A stretch of DNA of 64,000 bases from Perkinsus chesapeaki ATCC PRA-425 (lineage: Eukaryota > Protista > Perkinsozoa), in the NCBI GenBank assembly GCA_013115145.1, contig JAAPAO010000090.1, positions 19,808 to 83,807 of the forward strand, written 5' to 3'. Numbering within the stretch: position 1 is the stretch's first letter; every line of letters starts with the position of its first letter. Below, piece by piece: positions 38,684 through 50,590 of the stretch. Both the position numbers and the translations under genes were made by a program. Below the pieces are notes generated by a model. That model was not told the DNA's origin, made no database searches, and saw nothing but the letters and a program-made list of their open reading frames with translations.

Positions 38684-41600
38684 ATGGCGTCTCCTCCGTG
38701 CTTGACTAATCACGTTGGTTGCTGCTAGGTGACACTTCTGTCATTATTTTACCCGATCATAAGTATCGTTATTGCCGTATTATCTCGCATACTTTTCTTC
38801 TGCTTCTCGAGGTCGTGCTAAAGTGGGTTGGTTATCTAACAGTAATAGATCCACTAGTTGGTGCTCGCAATGGAGGGATAGTTTCACATTCTACATGTCT
38901 TTTTGTTGCCTATAATAGGGGCGAAGTCTGGCCTTTGGTACAAGGTGGCCTGGTTCTACGGGAGAGCGGTTTAAGATTGGCACCAGTGATGAAGTTGTGG
39001 CCTGTGATGCATCGTCTTCTGCTGTATAGTCTGGTCTGATTGCCTCGAGTCTTAATGGCTTGTAAGGTGCAGATAGCAAAGTACATTTGAGATGATGCTC
39101 GGAGCATAGCGTTGTAAAAAGCTGGAATTATATAGACGGGCAAATTTCGAAAGCAGTTCATCCAATTAGAAGGATCAGGCCTGGTAAGTAGTTGACCATG
39201 ACGGATTCATCATCAAAGGGAGGATCACCTCAACAGAGGAGGGGGCCTGTTAAGAGGGCTGGGATGGATATGAGCATGGATAAGACCAATGTGGTACCTC
39301 GGAAACAGCTATTGGCGTACGTCCGAAAGCAGAAGGTAATACTGAGGGAACTTTCTTAACTTGTAGTATTGTTATCAATTGGGTAACACTGCGCGATACA
39401 TCCTCCAGATCACCACCGTTACTGGGGATGCAAAAGAATATCGTTTGGTCTGTTGTTTGGTACTGGTGCTATTGTTCAGGAAATCATGGTATCCTGCCAA
39501 TACCTACCCTTTGCTGCTCTGTTCTGGGTGGCTTTTGTATTAGTCTCGGTAATAATAAGCTTATCGCCTTCGCATTAGATATCCTTTAGGTGATGCATGG
39601 TTCAGTGGAAGTATCCTATCAAATGACCTCTAGTGTGGAGTCGATGGTAGAATCAGTATCATTTACAAGACCTGTAGCTCCTTCAAACGATACTACCGGG
39701 AGTTCTCAAAGTACTAACAGAGATGGGGTCGGTCATTCTGTTCGTCGCATATCCGGAGAGTTGGACGCCTATGGTTCCTTGGTTGCATTGGGTTCCCACA
39801 CTAACGGTATCTGCTCGTGTTGTCTTGGCATCACTTTATTCATTTATCATTCGTGAGTCGCCGTTTACAGCATAGCCATTCTCACTTGTCAATTTCTGCC
39901 TTTTAGCGGTCCCTCAATGGAAGACAGGAGATGTAGGGAGTTATGATGACATCTGGCTGTGGCTGAAGGATGGCCTTTTGCCTGCATTAATGTCGGATGG
40001 TCGAGTTCGGTACTATAATGAGCTGGTGGGAGGAGTAAGTTACCGAGCTCTCACTGGTAACGGTTTGTATCGCGGTCTCGGCGACTAGCAGAGCTCCAGT
40101 TGAGGTAGACAGTCCTATATAGCATTTCACAACCTAATAGTCGAATCACCGGCAGTTGGGTGGGTACGGGTTCCTACTAGGAACTCCAAGCCTCACACTG
40201 TGGGGCATACGGTACCGTCTGTGTCGGGGGTCTTCGTCTAGAGCATTCTCGTACCTGTTATCGGCAACCTCTAGGCTAACACTCCCGCCATAGGTTCGCC
40301 TGTTGCAAGAGCGATCGGCTATAGAAAACTGCGATGATGAAGTTATGGGGCCCATTTATACGTAATAGTAAAATTCAGAACTCGCTGCTGCTGGGCACCT
40401 TCTCCCGTGTAGCTTCCCGGCAGACGAGGACTCAAAATGCCATCCACTCGCCAGTATATCTCGCCAGCCCATAGCCGACCAGGTCGGCAGATTCGGCTTC
40501 GAGCCATCGACAGAAGGACACTTCGAGTGGGGCTCTCCTTGCCGTTTGGTGGCCTATCGGGTATTGTACAGGTATTACATTGATGGCAGCCGAGGGTCGG
40601 ACTCACTAAGGGCTGGGCAGGCGACTATTGATCGACTTGCGAGCGCTCAGTGGCTCGATTTGAGTGGGGAGCAATGGGCTGAGGCTGATAGGCCATGGAT
40701 TACTCTGGCCATCTCTATAGGCACGAAGCTGGTCAAAGTCGAGGCAATTTTGTTTAATGGGGAAACTAACATGTTCCTTCATGTAGCAATATCATTTGAA
40801 GTTCAACGAGGCGGTGCTATAATACCGAAAACAACGGCTCGAACTCTCGTTAGTAAGGAGCCTTCATCTCCTCTGACTGGGCCCACCATGTCTTCATTAG
40901 GTACGGTGTATAACAGCATGGCAGATTACGTCATCGATCTTATATGGCTCGTGCTTATAGCTTACTTAGTCGTAATACAACGGAGGAGGAGGAAGAGGGG
41001 GGCATTATGTGGCCGCATCTTGCTGGGCACTCGTATATCATCGGACGCAGTAGTTCTTCTATCGAAACCCGCCAGGCCAATTCTGTACTGTGGAATAGAA
41101 CATTTTCCTTTAAGTGTGGCTATTGTTGCACGCAAAGTACTTGGCATGGGGGGAAAAGTGTATGGAGGATGTGGGTAGTCGTATCGAGCAGCATCAATTA
41201 TTCCTGGGAGCGAGGGGGGGTCTCTCGTGTCATCCTATTCCGCTAGGATTTGTGTACGAGGGATGCTGCCTTGTCATTAAAATATAGCATACTTGAGCTC
41301 TGAGCTTGGTTTCGCCAAGCAGGAGGAAAAACTTCAAATGTTGATCAGATGAGGGAAGCTCACCAGATATATATGGTCCGCAGAATAGGAAGGATAAGGT
41401 ACTATCTCACGGACTTCTGGAGCTTTGTGGACTGGATGACAATTTTCGGCGGAATAGGAGGTAGTCCATCCCCGGATTTGAACCTGGGTCGTTTGCATGA
41501 AAGTTTGTCGTAACTTTCAGTTGGTATATTCTATGCGTATCTCGCTCAACGTGTGAGCGCTGTGAAAGAGGATATAGTAGAAATATCCGACCTCGGAGAC

Positions 41601-43790
41601 ACCATATCACCGTAAGGCGACGGCCATCCGGACCTCGCAGGAGCGATCTTTGACCATGGCTTGGTCCTGCTGCTGCTGCTTATACTTTGGGTCGTTGTAG
41701 GTCGGAGCTGGACAGCCTCACCCCAACCGTGTACACCATCGCCTACTATGAACGGTGATAGGCAGTGCAAGTACTATCTTGCCTTTGTAGCTTCCTATTG
41801 CAGATGGAACACTGTATACGATAGCTTGAACACGATCATCTCGCACCAAGTCTATCACAGACTACTTATGTTTTGGTATGTCATCATATGCCCTTCCTTG
41901 CCAATACCTTGATCTTTCTATAGGTACACCATAGTCAACATGCTCCGCTTCTTCCGAGCTTTCCGGTCTGTTGAGGTTTCTCTCATTTTCCTTGGTAGCG
42001 GTGTTACCTTTTCAGGGGTCAACCTCGTCTGGCAGTTATTACTGATACGATGAAGCGTGCTTGGATGGACGTCGCGTATTGCGGCAGCCTCGTAGTTTTC
42101 TGGTTCCTTTGTATCATTCAGATACTTCCTGATTGTCTTCTGTACGGTCTTCTTCAATTTCGTCCTTGGCGGTGAGGAGACCTCCGGATCGCTCCGTTCA
42201 CAGGGAGCCTTCTCAGGTTACACTTTGTTCGGCAAAAGATTAAAGGGCTGGTCGACCCCTGGTGATGCCATCAATACGGCCTTCGTCGCCCTTATGGGCG
42301 ATTTCGATTACGTGGTGAGTTTCTTGGGAATCTTGAGGTTGATGCGTGCATTTGTCACACCCGAAGATCCCCTTACTCCCTCCGGTGCTTTAGTTGTATT
42401 TTCTTCAGGCAATGCGTAGAGTGGCGCCTATCAGTGCTGCCATTTGGTTCTGGTTTTATATGGTTTTAGTGTTCCTTATGTAAGCATGCACACATGTCGC
42501 TCTTCACAGTGTGACCTTTCTCAGAATGCTTAATATGCTTCTTGCTATTGTTATGGACACGTAAGCTCTTCCTCCATTTACCTGCTCTGTCATATTCCGA
42601 TTTTCATTCAGATATACTTCAGTCAAGGATGAGGCATGTGCTGCCGAGATGTTCACGATGACACCTGGCGACGAGGGCAGCGGCGCTCCCAAACGAAAGT
42701 TCCTAGAGTCGCTTGGCTTCCACCGCAGCTCAATAGGGCAAATTAGCCCCGGCGAAGGTGAGTTAGAGAGCGTTCTGCTGCTTCATTCTACTCCCTGTAT
42801 TCTATGGATGTTACTATGTGTATCAATCGAAAGCCAATGAGAGTGCCCCTTCGGCAGTTTGGCTTGCGGTTCATGATATCCCTGCTTCGGCTAACAATGA
42901 TTTATCACTCATCAGAGAGCATCTTATTTGTTTCTTTCTCCGAGGGTCTTCTTTCATTTCATCTGGGCTTCAGGTGGGGTATCCTCGTATGCTTTACTTG
43001 ATCGCGTCATGGAGGCATTGGAACCGTCTGGATTCCATGTAAGAGATCTTTTGGATCTCGAAAACGAAGCGAAGACACGGGAGCGACGAGCAAGTAGAGC
43101 AGTGCGTGCAGCAGCGGTGCTAGTTTATCCCCGTCATTAGGTCAACAGCAACAGGACGCGTCGGACCTAGTAACGCTGCCACAACTGATGAGCATCGGTC
43201 TACCCCTCGAGGATGCTAGAAGGCTCATACAGGGAGTCGGCCTCCGCTGTCCTCATTTGCCCTCATGCCGAGTTTCAATAGGCACGCAATATGTTCGGCA
43301 TTGGCGAAGATGAGCTCATTGGTGGTGGTGATGACGATAGGAAGCCAGTTTCGGATGCCCCCCCTCCAGCACCCCGCCACGTAGGTGTTGCCTGCTGAAG
43401 CTTGCCCCATTTCTCTGGTCAGGGCCGTCCAAGCCGAATGCAGCTTCTGGTGAACCAGCTCGTATTGAATAAGAATAAGGCCGCTGAGGTTAGTCCGTAC
43501 GGTCATTAGCTGAGACGCGGTTCCCTTCAGAATGACACAGAGAAAACTCAAAGCGATGATGCTGGTAAGCTAGGTTACAAGCTGTGCGAATAAAGTGACT
43601 CAGGTGTAGGAAAAGCTGATATCAAAGCTCTTACCAGGGACATAGAGTACTTGAAGGACCGGGTGAGGTCATTGCTTGTTCTGTGGTGGGAGGCTCGATA
43701 TAGGTTGCTATGATTGATCGGAACCTAGAAATTATTGCCAAACAGCTCACACCAGGAGAGAGCGGACTGAGGAACACTGGTAAGTTTTAC
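38684..43790 (+). CDS. Polycystin-2/TRPP-like cation channel, many exons; 3' end may extend further
   Basis: DIWLWLKDGLLP, WLDL...ILFNGETNMFLHVAISFE..GG, FWSFVDWMTI, MLRFFRAFR.GQPRLAVITDTM, GYTLFGKRLKGWST...ALMGDFDY, LNMLLAIVMDTY. Confidence 0.88.
41465..41503 (-). pseudogene. tRNA-Glu(TTC)-like 3' half inside a 60-bp intron of the channel gene
   Basis: Minus strand CTTTCAT GCAAA CGAC CCAGG TTCAAAT CCGGG GATGGA: anticodon loop, variable region, T-arm, acceptor 3' strand. 5' half absent. Confidence 0.45.
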
Positions 43791-43959
43791 GCGAACGGCG
43801 GCGGCGGCTTGGTTTAAAATTTCTAACGTCGATGAAATAAGATTCAACTTTTTCGGTACGTTGTTAGGCACACAACGCTTCCTGTCGAGCACCCCACCCC
43901 AGCCGGGCTCAATTGGAGAGTGGCACTCGCAGCAGCAGCAGGCAAGTCACTCTACTCGA

Positions 43960-45200
43960 AGTACTTGGTATGCCGACCACCGTGAAGATCTTCATCGTTT
44001 TTGACATTCATATAGATTTGCCATGTGTTAGGATTGTTGATGTGTTCCTTGTGCTGCTTTGCTGTACTGTACTAGTGTTCAGTGATGACAATTCATCATC
44101 ATCGGGGAGGGTCTCAACAACATCTCAGTGGGTTTTCTCACTGTCTGCAACCTTATGTCGATGACTTCATCAACCTCCTCCCCGCCACCATCAACTGGGG
44201 GAGCATCTCCCTCCTCTTTGAGCGCTTCCTCGCGGACATCCGCAGCAGCAACAGCAAGGGGAGAGGATCAGCCCTCATCAGCGTCCGAAACAGAGCTCAC
44301 CGATGTCCAGTCGCGAGTTCGCGTGTCGGTTGTTCGAAAGAACCGTCGAAAAAAGAGCGGTAAGTGCGGCGTATTTTGTTGGTCGTAGTAGCATCTGTCC
44401 GGTAGAGGGTGATGCTGCTACATTCGTCCTCGGCGCTGGCGATAAGCTTGTTATTGAGGTGGACAGAGATTCGGAAGGGACCAAGTCTGGTTCCAATAAA
44501 AACAAACGGCCGAGAAGTAAGCAGTTAGCGGGACGTAGGTTAAAGATATCTATGCAGCGGCGAACGACTCGGTCAAGAACGAGAAATCGACCAAACGCAG
44601 CAGCAGCACGAAGACACCGAGCAAGTCCAAATCACGGTGGGCTTTCCGAGAAAGTTTGCAATCTTATTCTTACTGTGACAGGCGCTCAAGCCACTCGGCA
44701 AAGCGGTGGTATCTCAATGATCTGCCGGAGCTTGTAGAAGCCAGGTGAGTTGATGAACTTGGGCAGGGGTGGAGATGGTATGCTGACTCAGACTGGTGAT
44801 ACATAGAGAAGATACTAATCTACCAGCCATACGTAAAAATGATTTCAAGATTTGGACAGGCCAGCCCCTACAAACTCAAATAGTAGACGTCCTCAAGCGA
44901 GGCCTGTAAGTGGCTGCTGCTGCTAATCCCGGTATCCAACAACACATGTCCCTAATTTCAGCTATAGGGATGCATCGAGTTGGCATTGCGAGTTCGACAA
45001 GGAAGGAGGTCAGCAGAGTCCCACCATTTGCGTATCTTATAGTTTTGTTCAGTTCGCGGGAAGCTGGTCGATGGCTCGCAGGCGCCGCTCAATATACCAG
45101 GGTTTGAACCCGGAATCACGATAGTTGTGAAACCTGGTCGGAAGCGCTGACTTTGTTCTCATCTGCTGTTTCGGCACAACAGCTAAATGTACAGTGTAAC
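43960..45200 (+). CDS. Hypothetical multi-exon protein
   Basis: Plus-strand exons with GT-AG boundaries (CLQPYVDDFINLLP..., YRDASSWHCEFDKEG, RGKLVDGSQAPLNIPGFEPG). No family recognised. Confidence 0.35.
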
Positions 45201-45332
45201 GCACAGGCTACTTCTATGGCATCTTCCCTTGATGCTGCTATCGTAGTTTGCCTGATATAATAAGTATTATTATTGCCCAATTGATAACCTACCATTGAAC
45301 CATTGACGAAGAATATTTATTTATCCGATAAT

Positions 45333-46481
45333 ATGGCAAGTGAAGATCATGATGATGATTATCACAGCAGCAACGACTTGAACATCATCCTCCAATAGTT
45401 GAATCACTTACCACTGGTGAGCGGTAACTCCGCTGGCACCTGTGAAAGATGGTTGAAATCATGCCCTGTTGAGTTGGCGGCATCTTGTTCTCTGCAACAG
45501 CAGCACCTTAGTTATTTTTTATCAAACTGACTGTCGCTTCTCCACCAACCAGTAGTATTGGTCTGCTCACCAAGCCACAGAAATTCAGCGAGTCATCGTC
45601 TACGTCCTTGTCTCCTCCACAGTGGTTATCGAGTATAGTTTCATCCGTGAAGGCCAACTGCTGCCAACTCAGTATTTTTCGTCACCATACATCCCCATGT
45701 CATGATAGAGAGCCTTCTGGTAAAGCCCTTTTTATTAATCCGTTAATACTTATATAAGGTTCATCCAAAAGTTTGAGCGTTGCCGATGATCATCCGGAAA
45801 CTTGGAAAATGCTGCTTGCCGAGCGTGTAGCGGAGAGACCTTCGGGAATGATACCTCGGTCATTGGTGAGTCAACATTCGCTGTTTCGCTGTTCGCCCTA
45901 TCATCGACCGTGAAGGTGGCGGTCTGAATGCATAACGCCTCGCGGTCTTCTTGTTCAGTGGGCTCTCGATCTTCCGTGTGAGCTGCAAGATCCGATAGCA
46001 TTTCGAGATCAGTATCGGACAACTCGCCAAGCGGCTCTTGGCGCCCTGGCAAACGTGAAGGAAAAGGACGGCTTGGTTGATGAAGTTCCAACTGAGGAAA
46101 TTAATAGAAGGTGAGCAGCCACAACAACAGCGTCGTGAACCTGTATAAGTCTCCGATGCCGATGGTGAATATGATTCCTCTTTTCTTAGGCTCATGGAGA
46201 GCATAGTGTCGGCACAGGCCAACATAGTGGTAGCCCGACGAGAATGCGCTTATCTCCGTCAACATCGTAATGCTGGACATCGTCATCATCGTGATGGAAG
46301 CAGTTCAGCAGAGCGCCGGACCCAAAACATCGAACGCACAGTGCTGCAAGGAGAGCAGCAGTCGTCTGATCTTAAGGACCTTACTGGCAGCCCTCAGAGC
46401 ATTCCATCGAAGACTTGTGTTCATCTTGATGATGCCGTGCAGATCAGAGAGTTCAATGCCTTCGAGCCTAGCGAAAAGTGA
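45333..46481 (+). CDS. Hypothetical multi-exon protein
   Basis: Spliced frame WALDLPCELQDPIAFRDQYRTTRQAALGALAN...LMESIVSAQANIVVARRECAYL...EPSEK*. 5' end approximate. Confidence 0.45.
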
Positions 46482-47277
46482 GCACTGTGGTCTCAAGAAG
46501 TGCGTTATTGAATTTCTATTGCCAGATTAAGTCCAGTTCATTTGTGTCCGCTGTCTCCAGCCAATTCTGAATCCGAGAGCTCGCCATCCACCCGAACCGC
46601 TCGTTTGGCTCGAAAAACGCGCCTGAAGTTTTTCTATTAAACACTGCGTCTATCAAGCCGACGGGCATGTTGCCATACTAGCCGTTTAGCTTTCGAGTGC
46701 TGAGCGAGTCCTGCCTGCAGTGACCCGTCATGTGTGCCCACTTATCCTGGACAACTGCTAATGGAGTAGATAAGATTGGCAACACCCACCTTGATGCGTT
46801 GAGCCCAATGCCGGCATCTCCCGCATGGGGAGATCCCGGTCGTTTGTACACCGTCGGTCTAGATTCCCTAATTTATTCTCGTAGTTGTTGTATTCTTTTC
46901 TGTTTTCCTTGCTCGTCTGTGCCCTAAATATACTGTAGACCCGTATGTGGTTTCAGCAATCTTGCTAAACTTCAGAGTCTTTAGTGACTCATCCATATTG
47001 TCGTGTTGTTAATGCTCTTAGCATCCTGCCTGTGAGGATGTTCGAAACCTTCCTGCTCCTCAGGGATACATGTTTCTCTCGTGTCATTTGTCGCGCCATG
47101 CCCCAAAGGGCGCTGTGGAGGTGGTGTTATCCTCTAACTCAAATATAACGCAAAATCAAGTCACGATCACAACACATCAAATAACATAATTACAGTATAA
47201 ACATTACATCCTTATACATTGCCCCATGTACTCATTGCCTTACACAGTCGACATGTACAACATTATAGCCTCTCCTA

Positions 47278-48039
47278 CTACTGGGTGCTTGTAGACCCTC
47301 TCATGTTAGCGCCATCCTGGTTATGAGGTTGGACCGATCTCTCACCCCCGATTTTGGCAGCGGTGAACGCCTCGGTGCATAATTTTCTCGTAATGCCATT
47401 CGACGTTGTATAATCGGTGTTCGCTCTGCCGAAAAATTCAACGTATAATTGACCCAACACAGAGTAGCATCGTCCCTCGGCATCAGTTTCAGAGGAGGTA
47501 TCGAATGCCCTGGATGAAAGCGGATCTTTGATAGTTTCATGTAGAGCGTCCTTAATCCGGGGATTCATCTTGTTAACCGTCAACATATGGTCTTGCCTGA
47601 CACCACACACGAGCCTTAAACAGTATCATCTCACAAAATTACTCAAAGCTTGGCATATAGAAAGCTTTGCGACACTGGAGTGTTAGGGTTTCGACATTCG
47701 AACCCTCTGCGTTGAAAAGAATAGTAGAGTCCATCTTTACTTTACCAACTTCGATATGTTCAGTGAAGATACAGGTCTTGGAACGCGGCTCTACTTGAAC
47801 TGGGCACGATTTCTGATCGAAAAAGTATTAAACCTCGGACGCCGATGATAATGTAACAGGAAGGTGCTACTAAGTGTCCACATCCGCTACATAGTGAGTG
47901 AATAGTAATAATTAATTACCCTAATGAATGCTCTGAACTCCTCATCGGTAAGTGGCTGGGAATTGCCAGTCGAGCAAAGGACCACTGGGTGATTATTGGA
48001 CAGTATAGCGAAGACGGGGATAATCGGAGAAAGACGCAT
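47278..48039 (-). CDS. 4-Cys family paralogue C, secreted, apparently intact
   Basis: Signal MRLSPIIPVFAILS; ...TCIF...VETLTLQCRKAFY|...KDPLS...EGRCYSVLGQLY...RKLCTEAF. Confidence 0.65.
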
Positions 48040-48492
48040 GGCAGAACAGCGAAAAGCCGTCACAGCTGAATTGGAAAACGTCCCACCGGTCATCAAAATA
48101 TCTAGTCTTGATAGACACCTGGTTAACCGTCAGTAGACAGTGGCAGAGGGGTGAAAAGAATCATTGTATCTCGCGCTCATCATTCTTTATATCACGGGTT
48201 GATCAAACGAGAGATCGAACAGTGGACTACTAAGGATTGTTCGACTGTGCATTGTAGTAACACTAAATTCGTGTCACAGATGCCACTTTCGTATGGTGAA
48301 GAGGTTACTCGGGAGTCGAGAAATAGCATCATTAGGAACTAAACGGCTTCCGGCAGTGACACCTGGATTACATCATGCAAAGGGTTAGCCATGAATTTAA
48401 CGGCTTATCGATAAATAAAGAAATATAGTCAGCCGGACTGAATTCCGTCGACATACGTGTTGATTCACAGCAGTCATGGATACACTTGAGAA

Positions 48493-49157
48493 TCACTTCT
48501 GAAGGTGCGGAGTAACATCTTGGCCCATTGCCTGTTTCGCAGCACGCTCGAAGAGCACACATAGTTTGTTATGTAACATGTCGAACGGTTGATTTCCAAC
48601 GTTGCTGATTCCCGGGACGCTGATTTCCTCAAGGATCTCAGCAACTCGTGAACATCTGGCTCCTTGCTTGAAGGTATGAGCGTTCGAGGATATTTCCTTG
48701 AGTGGATCCTGAAATTTTGCACTTCCAAGGGCGTCACCCTCGAGAGTCGTAGTATCGTATCTTGCCGCCACAGCACTTATCGTATCTCCGAACCTAGCAA
48801 AAACAAATCCACGCAATAGGAACAAGATCGATGTCATATGCCGTGCTACAAGGCTTGGCACCTTACCCGCTGTAAGTAACGCCAGGGCATCGCATCTGCA
48901 TCATTTCCAGTCCGTAGTCGCCAACTCGGAGGGCCACCCGTCGGTCATCATCCTTCTGTTTCGGGTTTGGAGAAAATCCACATGCCATATTCGGTGGAGT
49001 GGAGTCGTCGTACGTCTCGAGGAGTCGATATGAGCCATCCTGAGCAAGAACACCGAGCCGTTCAGTGACGGGAATTATAGAGGGATATGGTTACGTGAAA
49101 GATTCATAATATCTCAAGTCTCAAATTTACGCAGATGAGTATTTCAGTGACCGTCAT
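48493..49157 (-). CDS. 4-Cys family paralogue B, 5' end uncertain
   Basis: RLLETY...ACGF...LEMMQMRCPGVTYSG|...FQDPLK...GARCSRV...HNKLCVLF. Confidence 0.6.
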
Positions 49158-49541
49158 AGCAATATTCAACCCACCTTGCTGATTGTTTTGGATTGATGCA
49201 TAACGCTCTTCACGCCCATGATAGGGATCATGCATTTCCAGATAATGAACATAGTACTGATAAGGATACCACGAGCCATGATGCGGGAAAATGGGAAATG
49301 AGATTCACTAAAATGAGACTAAGTTGCCGAATACGAAAGGCAGGACACCGTGTGTGTGCGCAATACTTGAAATGGTTCAATCAACACCTTGGGTACTCCA
49401 TGCTGTTGCGTTTTAAACATCAATAAAGGTTAACTTTTCAGGATTCGGTCATAGTGAACGTAATGAGATGCGGGATGAGACAACCCCAACCGCAGGCCTC
49501 GTGATGGGACTATTTGAAGTCACTCACATATATATCTATCA

Positions 49542-50126
49542 TCATGTGGAACTTTGAGACCCAGCAAAACGTTCGCATAGCTTTTCGTGAACTTTTCTGA
49601 AGATATCGACGTTCCCCGGCTCCTCCACGGAAACAAAGTGCTTGTACAATGCAGCCATGACATATTTGCACCTTGCACCTTCTGGTCTGTTACTAATGTC
49701 GTCGATCTTAACGTTATTTAACGGGTCGCCGAATGAAGAACCATCACCTCCGCTGACTCGACCTTCCATATTACTGAAAGCACTATTATTCATCACCAGT
49801 CTTCCAAGATTGGCTTACCCATGATACAAATCTTGAGCGCATTTGAGCCTCACAGTATCGATGACGGTTCCTTTCACATTGAGACTGAGTTTGCGTTCCT
49901 TATCCTGGCTGCAGAACCCACAGCTTGTGCAAGTTGGATATGTATTCTCCCGCATGTTGATAGATTTCTAACAAACTAGATGTCACTGGAGTGTCACTGA
50001 GAGCCATTTTACTTCTAGTAACCTTCCTATCGCATTCTCATCGTCTGCGGCAGCGCTTGATAGAGTTAGGACTGTCTGCGGTAAAAGCAGCAATGAAATC
50101 TATTCAAGCATTGTTGCAGTGAACAT
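49542..50126 (-). pseudogene. 4-Cys family paralogue A with in-frame TAG in the signal peptide and a frameshift (or assembly errors)
   Basis: MLE*ISLLLLPQTVLTLSSAAA (TAG at 50100-50102); LLEIY then frameshift to TSCGFC...IDTVRLKCAQDLYHG|...FGDPLN...GARCKYV...HEKLCERF. Confidence 0.55.
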
Positions 50127-50590
50127 TGAGAGTAGCAACGCAACTGATGAAGGTGAGGCTACTCCTTAACGCGTGGCACACTTGATAGGAACCAGGAATT
50201 CCTGTTTGATTCAGTAGTCCCTGTTCCTTTAACGGGCACAAGGAGGCTTTGAATAACACCAGAGTGTTTCCTTAAAGGAATCATCATTCCGAGCAGCAAA
50301 GATCGCTTCGCCTAATATTACACTTTGCAGGAAGGAATGTCTCATTTCGGGCAACAGGTAACGCAACGCACAGGCATGCCCGAGTCCTTGTATGAGGGAA
50401 CCAATACAGTCTCACAAGAGGAGCTGACGGCCCCAGGAAAGCATTTTGTGCTGCTTGCACTAGCCGCTTGGGCAGATGTATGATAGAAGTGGTAGTCAGA
50501 ACTGCGGTGAGTTGCGATCTCTACCAACGGCGTTTTTGAAGCGTGACTATTGACAAGTTTAACAGATACTGATAGCCTTAGAAACATAAA

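Noticed and set aside
45098-45120. tRNA T-arm-like CCGGGTTCAAACCCTGG on the minus strand with a nearby TCA/TTC loop
   Set aside because: Falls inside a plausible plus-strand exon (PGFEPGIT). No anticodon or acceptor pairing and no tRNA-Sec architecture.
48780-48861. Signal-peptide-like start of ORF 48493-48861
   Set aside because: This stretch is an intron (gtaagg...tgctag). The real upstream exon carries the CGF...C...Y block shared with the paralogues.
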